NCBI GenBank assembly: GCA_903928055.1
Contig: CAIYPG010000154.1
Coordinates: forward strand, 5,774-69,773
Source: an uncultured beta proteobacterium
GTDB taxonomy: Bacteria > Pseudomonadota > Gammaproteobacteria > Burkholderiales > SG8-39
Direction: 5' to 3'
DNA length: 64,000 nt
Shown here piece by piece: positions 55,505 through 64,000 of this stretch. A program made the translations under genes and the position numbers. Below the pieces are notes generated by a model, which saw only the letters and a program-made list of their open reading frames with translations, searched no databases and was not told the origin of the DNA. The stretch's first letter is position 1. Each line of letters starts with the position of its first letter.

Positions 55505-55600
55505 GGGATGTTTCCTCCGACTGCGATGATCGCGCCGGCATGCATGGCCTTGCTCCGGTCCGCTGCCGATCACTGGGATGGCTGCAGTCTAGCACCGTAG

Positions 55601-55647
55601 GGGTATGCCTAAAAATGCTTAAAACACATGTCAGTATTTGCTATCCG
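55601..55647 (-). promoter_or_regulatory. possible short, degenerate AT-rich module upstream of the selenoprotein operon
   Basis: Minus-strand reading GGATAGCAAATACTGACATGTGTTTTAAGCATTTTTAGGCATACCCC resembles copy D (GATAACAATAATCATGTTTATGCC...GATAACCCC). Weak. Confidence 0.3.
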
Positions 55648-55701
55648 GATTCGGTGTATCCGGAAGTGGCGGATGCGCGGCCGGGCGGCCGGATGCCCAG
55701 G

Positions 55702-56454
55702 CTAGGCGGCTTCGGCGAGCTTCTTCTGCAGCGGCCGGCGGCGCGGCAGCATGTGGGCTGCTGCCAGTGCGCCTTCGCCCGGCGTCAGGTGGACGATGGT
55801 GAGCAGGCCCGGCTGGCGCGGGTTGTAGGGCATGCATACGCCGGGATAGCAGGCGAGCGTATTGCCGTGGCGCATCTGGCGGTGCATGTGCACGTGGCCG
55901 AGCGCAAGGTAGTCAAACCCGGAAGCCTCCACTTCGGAGGGCGTGATCAGCGAGGAGCGCCCCGTTTCCTCGTAGTCCACGTACAGCCCGTGTGCCATGC
56001 CGATGTGCCACAGGTCGGCTGTGCGCGGCGGCGTGCCGGCCATGGGCTTGTTCTTCAGGGAGTGCTCCAGCATGCAGCGCCCCCATACCGTGGCGTGCAG
56101 CTCCGGGAAGGTGACGCTGGCGCCCTCGACTGCGTCGAGCAGCGTGATGTGGTGCCCGGCGCGGGTGAAATCCATGCGCTGCATGACCGCGTGTTCGTCG
56201 CCCCAGCAGTCGTGGTTGCCGACAATGACGACGGTGGGGCAGGCAATGCGCGCCAGTTGCTCGTAGACGAAGTCGATCACGTCGTCATGCATGCGGTTGT
56301 GGTCGAACAGGTCGCCGGCGATGAGGAAGAGCTCGGCCTCGGTCTCGATCACGGCGTCGATGACATGCTCGAAGGCCTTGCGCACGGGCATGCCTTCCTC
56401 ACCGTTGCACAGGTGGATGTCGGAGGCGTGGGCGATCTTGAGCGGGCGGATCAT
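55702..56454 (-). CDS. metallophosphoesterase (calcineurin-like; SbcD/Mre11-like core)
   Basis: 250 aa. HASDIHL...AGDLFDH...VGNHD...LGHVHMH.... Confidence 0.85.
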   Translation of the reverse strand: MIRPLKIAHASDIHLCNGEEGMPVRKAFEHVIDAVIETEAELFLIAGDLFDHNRMHDDVIDFVYEQLARIACPTVVIVGNHDCWGDEHAVMQRMDFTRAGHHITLLDAVEGASVTFPELHATVWGRCMLEHSLKNKPMAGTPPRTADLWHIGMAHGLYVDYEETGRSSLITPSEVEASGFDYLALGHVHMHRQMRHGNTLACYPGVCMPYNPRQPGLLTIVHLTPGEGALAAAHMLPRRRPLQKKLAEAA

Positions 56455-56608
56455 CGGTGGTCTGCAGCCTTGGGTAATGCGGGCATCAGGCGGTAAATGA
56501 GAAGTCTTTCTATATCACGAATGGCGCCAACGCGCATCCCGGAGCTGCCGCGGCCTCCTGCGGGAGGCGGGCTAGAATCATACTTCAGCCCACCACCAGC
56601 GACCTGAC

Positions 56609-57445
56609 ATGACGGATCAGAACAGCATGCACGATATCCGCGTTCCCCAGGAGGAGTCGCGCGTCGAGGACCGGACAGCCATGCTGTCCGACGGGCCGCT
56701 GTTCTATCGCGATGCCGGCGGCCATGGCATTCCCGTGGTCCTGCTGCATGCGGCTTCGGGCAACAGCCTGATGTGGAAGCACCAGATCGCGGCATTCATT
56801 CCTGCGGGGTATCGCTGCATCGCCATCGACTACCGCGGCGTGGGCGTCCCCGCCGGGCCGGGCGACTGGACGCCGCGCATCGACGAATTGCTGGTGTCGC
56901 TGGGCATTGAACGCTTTCACCTGATCGGCACCGCGGCCGGCGGCGGCACGGCGCTGCAGTACGCGCTGGTGCATGGTGCAAAGCTGCGCAGCATCGTCGT
57001 TGCCAACAGCCACGGCAACGTCACCGACCGCGACTATGTGGAGATGGGCAGGCGTACGCGCCCGGCGCCGCAGTTCGACGAGCTGCCGGTGGAGTTCCGG
57101 GAACTGGGCCCGTCGTTCCGGGCCGCATTTCCCGAAGGTACCGCGCAGTGGCGCGAGCTGTCGGCAATGCGACCCGGTGATGTGTCGCAGGGTCCGGCGC
57201 ATGCGCCGCCCGCGCTCGCCGCTTCGCACGCGGTGACCTGGGCGAGACTGGAGGCGCTCACGCTGCCTGCGCTGCTGCTCACTGGCGATGCCGACCTGTA
57301 CATGCCGCCGTCGGTGCTGCGCCTCTTCACGGCGCGCATGCACCACGCCGAGTGGGCGGTGATCCCGGAGACCGGACACTCGTCCTATTGGGAGGCGCCG
57401 GAAACCTTCAACCGCATCGTGCTGGATTTCATGGCCAGGCACTGA
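56609..57445 (+). CDS. alpha/beta-fold protein with an atypical nucleophile elbow (GTAAG)
   Basis: 278 aa. ...PVVLLHAASGNSLMWKHQ...AIDYRGVG...HLIGTAAGGG...GHSSYWEAP.... Confidence 0.85.
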   Translation: MTDQNSMHDIRVPQEESRVEDRTAMLSDGPLFYRDAGGHGIPVVLLHAASGNSLMWKHQIAAFIPAGYRCIAIDYRGVGVPAGPGDWTPRIDELLVSLGIERFHLIGTAAGGGTALQYALVHGAKLRSIVVANSHGNVTDRDYVEMGRRTRPAPQFDELPVEFRELGPSFRAAFPEGTAQWRELSAMRPGDVSQGPAHAPPALAASHAVTWARLEALTLPALLLTGDADLYMPPSVLRLFTARMHHAEWAVIPETGHSSYWEAPETFNRIVLDFMARH

Positions 57446-57547
57446 GCGGCCGGGGGGCGGCGGGGGCGTGTTCACCTATACTGACCGCGGACTGAAGGTT
57501 GTTTCCGCCCATGCCCGGGAAATGCCGGGTGTTTCAAAGGAGGGTTC

Positions 57548-57838
57548 ATGTCGATCCGACTGATGGTGACGATCACCGCCGTGCCCGGCAAGGGCGCCGA
57601 GCTGGCCGCGCAGTATCGCGGGCGCTGCGTCGATGTGATGAAGGAGCCCGGCTGTGAGCAGTTCGAAGTGTTCCAGAGCGTGCTTGATCCGGACCGGCTG
57701 GTATTGCTGGAGCGCTGGCGCGATGCCGCGGCACTGGCCGAGCACGCGAAGGTGAACGAGGCGCGCGCGCCATTGCCGCCCGGTTTGCGCCAGGGGTCGG
57801 GTGAGCGCGAGGACTACACCTACAACCGCACGCGCTGA
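57548..57838 (+). CDS. antibiotic-biosynthesis-monooxygenase (ABM) domain protein
   Basis: 96 aa. ...LMVTITAVPGKGAEL...EPGCEQFEVFQSVLDPDRLVLLERWRDAAALAEH.... Confidence 0.75.
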   Translation: MSIRLMVTITAVPGKGAELAAQYRGRCVDVMKEPGCEQFEVFQSVLDPDRLVLLERWRDAAALAEHAKVNEARAPLPPGLRQGSGEREDYTYNRTR

Positions 57839-57863
57839 GTGTCACCGAAGGCGGTACCGGCGG

Positions 57864-57948
57864 ATATTTGTGATAACAATCATTTCATGAATCTGCTTAT
57901 ATTCTTCATAAATTTATAAAAATGATCATATTTTGTTATTCGATAACC
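57864..57948 (+). promoter_or_regulatory. AT-rich intergenic module (copy C), 36 nt upstream of the thioesterase gene
   Basis: TTTGTGATAACAATCATTTCATGAATCTGCTTATATTCTTCATAAATTTATAAAAATGATCATATTTTGTTATTCGATAACCC. Confidence 0.55.
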
Positions 57949-57983
57949 CGCCATGGTGATGGCGGAAAATTCAAGGGGCGCGC

Positions 57984-58415
57984 ATGCGGGTGATTGAACA
58001 GGCTTCCGATGACAACACCAACGGCTTCGGTGTGCTCATCCCGTTTGCCAAATACCTCGGCCTGCACGTGAGCGAGCAGAACGCGCAACACGCGCTGCTC
58101 CGCGTGGACCGCAAGCCCGAACTTCTGAACAGCTGGGGTGTGATGACCGGCGGCGTGATCATGACCATGCTGGACCTCGCAATGGGGGCGGCGGTGCGCG
58201 GCCAGGTCGGCCACACCGTGTCGGTGGCGACGCTGGACATCAGCATGGCTTTCATGAATCCGGCGCGCGGTGATTTCGTGGTCGAGGGCCGGGTGCTGAA
58301 GGCCGGGAAGACGGCCACATCGGCGTTCTTCGGCGAAGCCGAGGCGCGCGGCAGCGACGGTACGCTGATCGCCAAGGGGATCGGCACGCTGAAACCGGTG
58401 CCGGAAAAGAAGTAG
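57984..58415 (+). CDS. PaaI-family hotdog thioesterase
   Basis: 143 aa. ...LNSWGVMTGGVIMTMLDLAMGAAV...VEGRVLKAGKT.... Confidence 0.8.
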   Translation: MRVIEQASDDNTNGFGVLIPFAKYLGLHVSEQNAQHALLRVDRKPELLNSWGVMTGGVIMTMLDLAMGAAVRGQVGHTVSVATLDISMAFMNPARGDFVVEGRVLKAGKTATSAFFGEAEARGSDGTLIAKGIGTLKPVPEKK

Positions 58416-58450
58416 TTGCCTTTCGGGCGGCGGTGCCGCCGGCCGCCTGT

Positions 58451-58933
58451 TCAGGCGTCTTCGTCCTCGATCACCACCGTGCCCGCGACCTTGTCGTGAA
58501 ATCCCTGCTTGCGCTTGTCAAAGGCGATCCACAGAAAACCGAGCATCAGCGGCAGGATGGAGAGGAGATAGCCGAAATAGCGGCCGACCAGTTGTCCCGT
58601 TGATGGCGCACCCAGGGTCCTGGCGTCGACGATGCGCGCACTGAACAGCATCTTGCCCGGCGTCGCGCCGCGGAATTTCCAGAACAGCACGGCGAACAAC
58701 GCCGGCATGGCGATCTGGACGAGGGCGTCGGTGAGGCCGGCGAACCCTTCATCCGATGGTCGCGAGAAGTAGCCCGGCCCGTACAGCGCGAACAGCAGCG
58801 GAATCGTGACGAGGAACACGACGATGGTGTCGACGATGCATGCGACCAGGCGTTTCCAGAATCCGACATAAGCAGGTGCCGTGACGACCCCGGCGGTATG
58901 GATCGGTGCGAATTTGTCCGGGGTGTCGCCCAT
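58451..58933 (-). CDS. RDD-family membrane protein
   Basis: 160 aa from MGDTPDKFAPIH... (GGGAGGA RBS). ...GFWKRLVACIVDTIVV...RKQGFHDKVAGTVVI.... Confidence 0.7.
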   Translation of the reverse strand: MGDTPDKFAPIHTAGVVTAPAYVGFWKRLVACIVDTIVVFLVTIPLLFALYGPGYFSRPSDEGFAGLTDALVQIAMPALFAVLFWKFRGATPGKMLFSARIVDARTLGAPSTGQLVGRYFGYLLSILPLMLGFLWIAFDKRKQGFHDKVAGTVVIEDEDA

Positions 58934-58974
58934 GTCGTCCTCCCTTGAGCCGGTGGCCTGTGGTTTGCGGTGGT

Positions 58975-59400
58975 TCAGGACGCGGCCGCGGCGGCGGTCC
59001 TGCGCTTGCAGTTTGAATATTGGTTGCTGCCGCCTTCGTCCAGGGAGGCTTCGTCGCCCTTGGTGGTCAGCGTGCTGCGGCCATTCGTGAAGCTTGTTCC
59101 CGGGGCGCCGGGCGCGGGGTCCAGCCTGAACTCGCGCTCGGGCAGGATGACCATTGCGGGCTGTCCCGCGGTACCGAAGCGCACCGCAAAGCGCTTGTTG
59201 CCTTCGCACTCATAGAGTGTGGCGCCGACCAGTTGTGCCGGCACCTGCTCCTGCGGGCCGCTCCACCAGGTCATCGGGTTTACATTGATGTTGGAGATGG
59301 AACTGCAACCGGCAGTGAGGGCGGCGGCGCACAGGATCGCGGCACGTACTGCCGGTCGGGCCGTGACGTTCATGCGGATTCTCATTTTCCAGCCTTTCAT
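58975..59400 (-). CDS. lipoprotein, MliC-like (lysozyme-inhibitor fold) candidate
   Basis: 141 aa. Lipobox LTAGC. ...ATLYECEGNKRFAVRF...AMVILPEREFRL...FTNGRSTLTTKGDEASL... resembles the MliC pattern from memory. ATGA overlap with the upstream gene. Confidence 0.5.
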   Translation of the reverse strand: MKGWKMRIRMNVTARPAVRAAILCAAALTAGCSSISNINVNPMTWWSGPQEQVPAQLVGATLYECEGNKRFAVRFGTAGQPAMVILPEREFRLDPAPGAPGTSFTNGRSTLTTKGDEASLDEGGSNQYSNCKRRTAAAAAS

Positions 59401-60002
59401 TTGATATTCGTAAGCAGCGGTTCGTCGAGCGGCGCCGGATCGGTGACAAGGCCGAAACGCTGCACGATTGCCATGCGATTTGTTGCCACGGCGTCCACCG
59501 CTGCATCCAGCAGTCGCACCTTCAGCCGGCCCTGCTTGCGCAGGCGCACAAGAAAATCCTCGGCATCAATGGTGTCGCCAGCCTCGCTGGCGAGGCCATC
59601 CAGCAGCACCGGCAGGTCGCGGTCCAGCACCAGTCCCGGCCCGAGCCCGGAAACCAGCAGCACATCGTCATTTTCATCCACCAGCAATTCCGACGGGGTG
59701 CCCGCCGGCTCGCCGGACTGGCTGAGCCAGCCCTTGCCTTCGTCGTCCAGGCGGTAGACCCGGGGCGTGTAGTCAAGGCCGACGAACACACGTTGCGGTC
59801 CGTTCTGGAAGAACCAGCGGCGCGCTTCGTCCATCAGGTAGTTGCGGCCGATGAATTCAACCAGCCCGGCGTTGCCGATGGGTTCGAATGCATCGGGCCG
59901 CACCTTCAGGCGCCACCGGCCGCGGCGGTCCAGCCGCAGCCAGCCATAGACATCCGGAACGTTGGGCCATTTTTCCATGGCCCGTTTTACGATTTCATCC
60001 AT
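59397..60002 (-). CDS. conserved hypothetical protein (DUF-type)
   Basis: 201 aa. ...WPNVPDVYGWLRLDRRGRWRL... N-terminal motif seen in proteobacterial hypothetical proteins. Good GC3. Confidence 0.6.
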   Translation of the reverse strand: MDEIVKRAMEKWPNVPDVYGWLRLDRRGRWRLKVRPDAFEPIGNAGLVEFIGRNYLMDEARRWFFQNGPQRVFVGLDYTPRVYRLDDEGKGWLSQSGEPAGTPSELLVDENDDVLLVSGLGPGLVLDRDLPVLLDGLASEAGDTIDAEDFLVRLRKQGRLKVRLLDAAVDAVATNRMAIVQRFGLVTDPAPLDEPLLTNIK

Positions 60003-60058
60003 CGTGCCGAGTGTATATCGTCCTACGCCCGGGCGGGAGGGTTCGGTGCCATCCGCTT

Positions 60059-61219
60059 TCAGTGCTGTCCCCCATAGGCAAACAGCCCCATCAGCACGCG
60101 CACCACGGCATACGATATCCAGATCGGCACACGCGTGCGCAGGGGCTGGTTGAACCAGTGTTCGCGCGGCACGGCGATGGCGCCTTCCTCCATGGCGCGA
60201 TGCAGCGACATGCGCAACTGCCCTGCAAAGCCCCTGTCCTCGACGACGATATTGGCCTCACGCGCCAGCATCAGGCTGAAAGGGTCGATGTTGGATGAGC
60301 CGACCGTGGCCCAGTGCCCGTCGATCACCGCCACCTTGGTGTGCAGGAAGCTCTTGTGGTACTCGCGGATGTCCACGCCGGCGGCCAGCAGCGGCCCGTA
60401 CAGCGCCCGCGATGCATAGTGCAGGAGCACGTACTCGACGCGTCCCTGCAGCAGCAGCGTGACCTGCACGCCGCGCTGCGCTGCGCGCAGCAGTGCGCGG
60501 CGGAAGCGGATCCCGGGAAAGAAATAGGCGTTGGCAATGAGCACTTCGTCGCGCGCCGAGTCGATGGCATCGAGGTAGGCATCCTCGATGTCGGAGCGGT
60601 GCCGCACGTTGTCTCGTACCACGAGGGCCGCGCGCTGATTGCCACAGGGCAGGGTTTCATGCTCGATGCCGCGGCGCACCGGCCAGCGTTCATGCAGGCT
60701 CGCCCAGGCGATCCAGCGCAGCAGCCGCGCCGAGTTCTCGCGAATGACCGCCACCAGCGGGCCTTGCACGCGCACGGCATAGTCGTAGCGCGGCGGGATC
60801 TGTCCGGGGGTGTGCATGTCATCGATGATGTTGATGCCGCCCACGAAGGCGATGCTGCCGTCGGCGACCGCCACCTTGCGATGCAGGCGCCGCAGGTGGT
60901 TGCGGCGCAGCGTGAGCGGCGATATCTTCTTGCGGAACACCAGCACGCGCACACCGGCTTCGCGCAGATCTGCGATGACCGCAGGCGGCAGATCCTTCGA
61001 GCCGAAGCCGTCGAGCAGCAGGTGGGTGGCGACACCGCGGGTGGCGGCACGGCACAGCGCGGCGGCGATGCGCCGTCCGGTGTCGTCATCTTCGAAGATA
61101 TAGGTTTCGAGATAGAACTCGATCCGTGCCCCGTCGATGGCGGCTTCGAGCGCGGGAAAATACTCCATCCCCGAACGCAACAGCGTGAGCGTGTTGCCGC
61201 CGAGGAAGGGCAGCATCAT
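60059..61219 (-). CDS. clsB: cardiolipin synthase ClsB (PLD superfamily)
   Basis: 386 aa. Two HKD motifs (HRKVAVADGSIAFVGGINIIDD; HTKVAVIDGHWATVGSSNIDPFS). ATGA overlap with the upstream EEP gene, as in the E. coli ybhP-clsB pair. Confidence 0.9.
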   Translation of the reverse strand: MMLPFLGGNTLTLLRSGMEYFPALEAAIDGARIEFYLETYIFEDDDTGRRIAAALCRAATRGVATHLLLDGFGSKDLPPAVIADLREAGVRVLVFRKKISPLTLRRNHLRRLHRKVAVADGSIAFVGGINIIDDMHTPGQIPPRYDYAVRVQGPLVAVIRENSARLLRWIAWASLHERWPVRRGIEHETLPCGNQRAALVVRDNVRHRSDIEDAYLDAIDSARDEVLIANAYFFPGIRFRRALLRAAQRGVQVTLLLQGRVEYVLLHYASRALYGPLLAAGVDIREYHKSFLHTKVAVIDGHWATVGSSNIDPFSLMLAREANIVVEDRGFAGQLRMSLHRAMEEGAIAVPREHWFNQPLRTRVPIWISYAVVRVLMGLFAYGGQH

Positions 61220-61974
61220 CGCAGTGCGAGATCCGCCGACAGTGCGGCATGGTCGGAGATGCGCGACCACGGATAGCCGTGGTGCACCTCGGTGTGGCGC
61301 ACCTCGAAGCCCCGCACATAAATGCGATCGAGGCGCAGCATCGGAAAGTTGCTCGGAAAGCTGCGTGCCGCAGCGCCGCGGTGGTCGCGGAAGGCTTCGC
61401 GCAGGTGGAGCGCCGCGGCCAGGCGGTTGCCCGCCAGGTTGCGCCAGTCGTTGAAGTCGCCGGCGACGATGACCGGGGCGTTTGCCGGAACCTCGGCCTG
61501 CAGGCGGTCGATCAGCGCGCCGATCTGGTGGCGCCGGCCGCGTTCATGGAGTGCCAGGTGCACGCAGATGCAGTGCAGCGGAACCGGCGAATCGGGCAGC
61601 GCGATTTCGCAATGCAGCAGCCCGCGGCTTTCGTAGCGATGGGCCGACACATCCTGGTTCTCGGCGCGCAGGATGGGATAGCGGCTGAGCACCGCATTGC
61701 CGTGGTCGCCCTGGTCATACACGGCGTTCTGGCCATAGGCGAACTCCGGCCACACCGCATCGGCCAGGAACTCGTACTGCGGTTCCGCCGGCCAGTTGTG
61801 GAAGCGTTCGGCATGTCCTTCATGTTCACCCATGACTTCCTGCAGGAAGACGATGTCTGCACCCATGACGCGCAGCCGGTCGCGCAACTCGTGGACCATC
61901 ATGCGGCGGTTGAAATGGGAGAAGCCCTTGTGGATGTTGTAGGTGGCGACTTTGAGTATCGGTTTGTTCGGCAT
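61216..61974 (-). CDS. endonuclease/exonuclease/phosphatase (EEP) family protein, YbhP-like
   Basis: 252 aa from MPNKPILKVATYNIHKG.... ...DIVFLQEV...GDFNDW...SDHAAL.... Confidence 0.85.
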   Translation of the reverse strand: MPNKPILKVATYNIHKGFSHFNRRMMVHELRDRLRVMGADIVFLQEVMGEHEGHAERFHNWPAEPQYEFLADAVWPEFAYGQNAVYDQGDHGNAVLSRYPILRAENQDVSAHRYESRGLLHCEIALPDSPVPLHCICVHLALHERGRRHQIGALIDRLQAEVPANAPVIVAGDFNDWRNLAGNRLAAALHLREAFRDHRGAAARSFPSNFPMLRLDRIYVRGFEVRHTEVHHGYPWSRISDHAALSADLALR

Positions 61975-62055
61975 TGAATTCGATGTGTGGTATCCGGTTG
62001 CAGCGTTGCGCGGGGGCACCGGGCAATCAGGAAGGATGCGCCATTTTCCGGCAGA

Positions 62056-62607
62056 TCAGACGATCCAGCGATACAAATACCTTCCCCCCACGACCAGCCG
62101 GGTTTCCGGTTGCCAGTCGCCCATGCTGAATTCGTGCGAAACGACGCGCGTGCCCGGCCGCAGCTCGCTTCTCAGCTTCGGCCTCAGCCTGAGATTGACC
62201 TCTTCGCCCAGATAGAGCGAGACGACGGTGGCGTCGCGGAAATCCATGTTGAACAGGTCGGTGACGACAAAGCGCACCCGGTCGGACACCTTCGCCGCGG
62301 CGGCACGCTCGGTGGCCAGGCGGATCTGCCGGGGATCGATGTCGACCCCCACGCCGCGCGCTCCGCGCAGGGCTGCTGCGATCACGATGCGCCCGTCGCC
62401 ACAGCCCAGGTCGTAGACCATGTCGCCGGCGCGCACGTCAGCGAGTTTCAGCATTGCCTCGACCATGAACTCGGGCGACATGATGGCCGGGGCATCCGGC
62501 AGGCGCGCCGGCAGGTTGCCCAGGTAATCGTTCAGGCCGGCGCATCCGGACAGCGCCGGCAGCGTCGACAGTGCGACCGGGGCCAGCAGGAAGTCGCGGC
62601 GCTTCAT
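62056..62607 (-). CDS. class I SAM-dependent methyltransferase-fold protein with a Tat/lipoprotein signal
   Basis: 183 aa. MKRRDFLLAPVALSTLPALSGC (twin-Arg + lipobox), then motif I VYDLGCGDGRIV and GVDID. Confidence 0.75.
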   Translation of the reverse strand: MKRRDFLLAPVALSTLPALSGCAGLNDYLGNLPARLPDAPAIMSPEFMVEAMLKLADVRAGDMVYDLGCGDGRIVIAAALRGARGVGVDIDPRQIRLATERAAAAKVSDRVRFVVTDLFNMDFRDATVVSLYLGEEVNLRLRPKLRSELRPGTRVVSHEFSMGDWQPETRLVVGGRYLYRWIV

Positions 62608-63344
62608 CCGCGTCCCAGCAAAGGCATGGTTACGGGCAGGATGATGCTCTCGTAGAGGTTCACGTCCGGCGGCATGGCGGCCATCGTGAGCACGACACGC
62701 GCCACGGTTTCCGCCTGCATGAGGCCTTCCTTTCTTGCCTGCTCCTCACGGCCGCTCCACAAGCCCGGCAGGGTGTTGCCCGGCTGGATGATGCTGACGG
62801 CAATGCCGAACGCGCGGCCTTCGATGGCCATGGCGCGGGTCAATCCTTCCAGTCCGAACTTGGAGGCGCCGTAGGCCGCCGAGCCCGAGCGCGGCACCTT
62901 GGCTGAAACACTGCCGACATTGATGATGCGTCCCGAGCGCTGGGCCTTCATCAGGCCGAAGGCGTCGCGACTGCAGAGGAAGGCGCCGGTGAGGTTCGTG
63001 TCGATGACCTTCTGCCATGCCGCCAGCGTCAGCTTGTCGGTTTCGCCGCTGGTGGAGGCGCCGGCATTGTTCACCAGGATATCGACACGGCCATGGCGCT
63101 TGACCGTTTCAGCAAAGAGCGCGGCGACACTGGCCTCCTGTGTGACATCCACGGTCATGCTCGAGGCCGAGCCGCCCGCTGCCGTGATTTTTGCCGCGGC
63201 CTCGTCCAGCTTGTTCCTGCGCCGGCCGGCGAGCACGACACTGGCCCCTTCGGCGGCGAAGGCCGTGGCGATCGCCTCGCCGATGCCGGTGCCCGCACCG
63301 GTGACAATCGCGATGCGTCCCGCCAACTGTGTTCCCTGGGTCAT
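62604..63344 (-). CDS. short-chain dehydrogenase/reductase (SDR)
   Basis: 246 aa from ATG 63344 (ATGA overlap with the upstream gene); the track start 63365 is an alternative. TGAGTGIG cofactor motif, ...YGASKFG... catalytic YxxxK. Confidence 0.9.
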   Translation of the reverse strand: MTQGTQLAGRIAIVTGAGTGIGEAIATAFAAEGASVVLAGRRRNKLDEAAAKITAAGGSASSMTVDVTQEASVAALFAETVKRHGRVDILVNNAGASTSGETDKLTLAAWQKVIDTNLTGAFLCSRDAFGLMKAQRSGRIINVGSVSAKVPRSGSAAYGASKFGLEGLTRAMAIEGRAFGIAVSIIQPGNTLPGLWSGREEQARKEGLMQAETVARVVLTMAAMPPDVNLYESIILPVTMPLLGRG

Positions 63345-64000
63345 GGTGTTGCGCTCCTTATCCATGCGCCGATGCCGGCGACGACCTGTTTTTCAATTCC
63401 GTTATAGCAATGATATGCCTGTGCCTCGCAGGGGTCGCCCACGTTCAGCCCGCCGGCCCAGGTCTGCAGGTCCTTGCGCGATGCATTCTCCAGCTTGCGC
63501 ATCAGCGACGGGATGTTGCTGAACGCGCACAGGTTGCAGCCGTCCTGCTCGTGGTGCACCACCAGCACCGGCACGGTCAGTTTCTCCAGCGCCATGGCCG
63601 GCACGGGACGGCCGGTTGTTTCGGTGAGGATGGTCGAGGTCAGCACGATGCCGTCCGGGCTGTCCGGGGTTCCCGCATAACGCACGGCAATCGAGCCGAT
63701 CGACTGCGTGCCACGGCTGGTGCCCACCAGCCAGACCGGCAGCTTGAGGTTCTGGCGCAGCCAGGCGATGACGGCCTTCACGTCCTCGGCGTGCTCGGGT
63801 GTCTGGCGGAATCCGCTGAGGAACGGAGCCGTCTGGCGGTCCGATGGTGCATCAATGACGGCCACGGCCAGCCCCTGGTCGGCAAACAGCTGCCGCGAGC
63901 GCACGAGGAAATTTCCGCCACCGGTGCCGATCCGGCCATCGGGCGCGATGCGCAACAGCCCGTTGCCGCCGGTGAACAGCACGACGACGGCTTTCGCATC
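63341..64000 (-). CDS. alpha/beta hydrolase-like protein (5'-truncated by the window edge)
   Basis: Frame stays open to position 64000. ...VWLVGTSRGTQS... (GxSxG-like). ...VLVVHHEQDGC.... Confidence 0.6.
   Translation of the reverse strand, partial: DAKAVVVLFTGGNGLLRIAPDGRIGTGGGNFLVRSRQLFADQGLAVAVIDAPSDRQTAPFLSGFRQTPEHAEDVKAVIAWLRQNLKLPVWLVGTSRGTQSIGSIAVRYAGTPDSPDGIVLTSTILTETTGRPVPAMALEKLTVPVLVVHHEQDGCNLCAFSNIPSLMRKLENASRKDLQTWAGGLNVGDPCEAQAYHCYNGIEKQVVAGIGAWIRSATP

Noticed and set aside
53504-55600. 698-aa plus-strand ORF spanning the whole selenoprotein locus
   Set aside because: It is antisense to the two in-frame minus-strand ORFs, which carry a good RBS, high GC3 and recognisable motifs. 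Its own translation is Arg/Gly/Ala/His-rich with no motif. Its length could tempt an annotator to call it instead of the split gene.
1-64000. Scan for rRNA, tRNA, CRISPR arrays, IS elements, integrases and phage genes
   Set aside because: I recognised none by eye on either strand. A by-eye scan cannot exclude short or degenerate tRNA or sRNA genes; tRNAscan-SE and Infernal would settle it.

Overview
High-GC (by eye about 62-66% G+C) betaproteobacterial, Burkholderiales-like chromosome segment.

**1-8.7 kb:** distal part of the ribosomal-protein supercluster. It holds the spc operon (rplN-rplX-rplE-rpsN-rpsH-rplF-rplR-rpsE-rpmD-rplO-secY), then rpmJ (too short for the ORF track, found by hand), then the alpha operon (rpsM-rpsK-rpsD-rpoA-rplQ). 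It ends in a bidirectional terminator.

**8.8-19.9 kb:** mixed chromosomal genes. These include a glycerate kinase, an exported ankyrin-repeat protein, a MaoC dehydratase, fpr, a lipoprotein, hydrolases, a SWIB-domain protein, DUF218, a spermidine-synthase-like protein and a FadB-like protein.

**19.9-57.9 kb:** accessory catabolic region with 15 intact paralogues plus one remnant of Bug/TctC-type solute receptors. They are interleaved with HyuA/HyuB, an amidohydrolase, an MmgE/PrpD-like protein, a double-length family III CoA-transferase and several alpha/beta hydrolases. There is no tctA/tctB, and no transcription factor except one XRE protein.

**Standout observations:**
1. A minus-strand operon (55504 to 50711) whose first gene is split in the ORF track by one in-frame TGA. 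It reads ...GMGA-U-GSC... and is followed by a SECIS-like hairpin. I predict a UGSC-type selenoprotein fused to an unrecognised ~400-aa domain, translationally coupled to a thioredoxin-reductase-like flavoprotein and followed by two Bug receptors.
2. A low-GC island (about 32.5-34.1 kb) encoding a BamHI/BglII/BstYI-like endonuclease and an MT-A70 (DPPW) methyltransferase, next to an orphan, chimeric-looking XRE antitoxin-like gene.
3. A family of 50-90 bp AT-rich intergenic modules with shared ordered k-mers upstream of several operons.
4. A ~95% identical 123-bp direct repeat of a Bug gene 3' end bracketing the Bug-hyuA-hyuB-Bug segment.

I recognised no rRNA, tRNA, CRISPR, transposase or integrase. 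All calls come from reading the sequence and ORF translations; no database search was possible.
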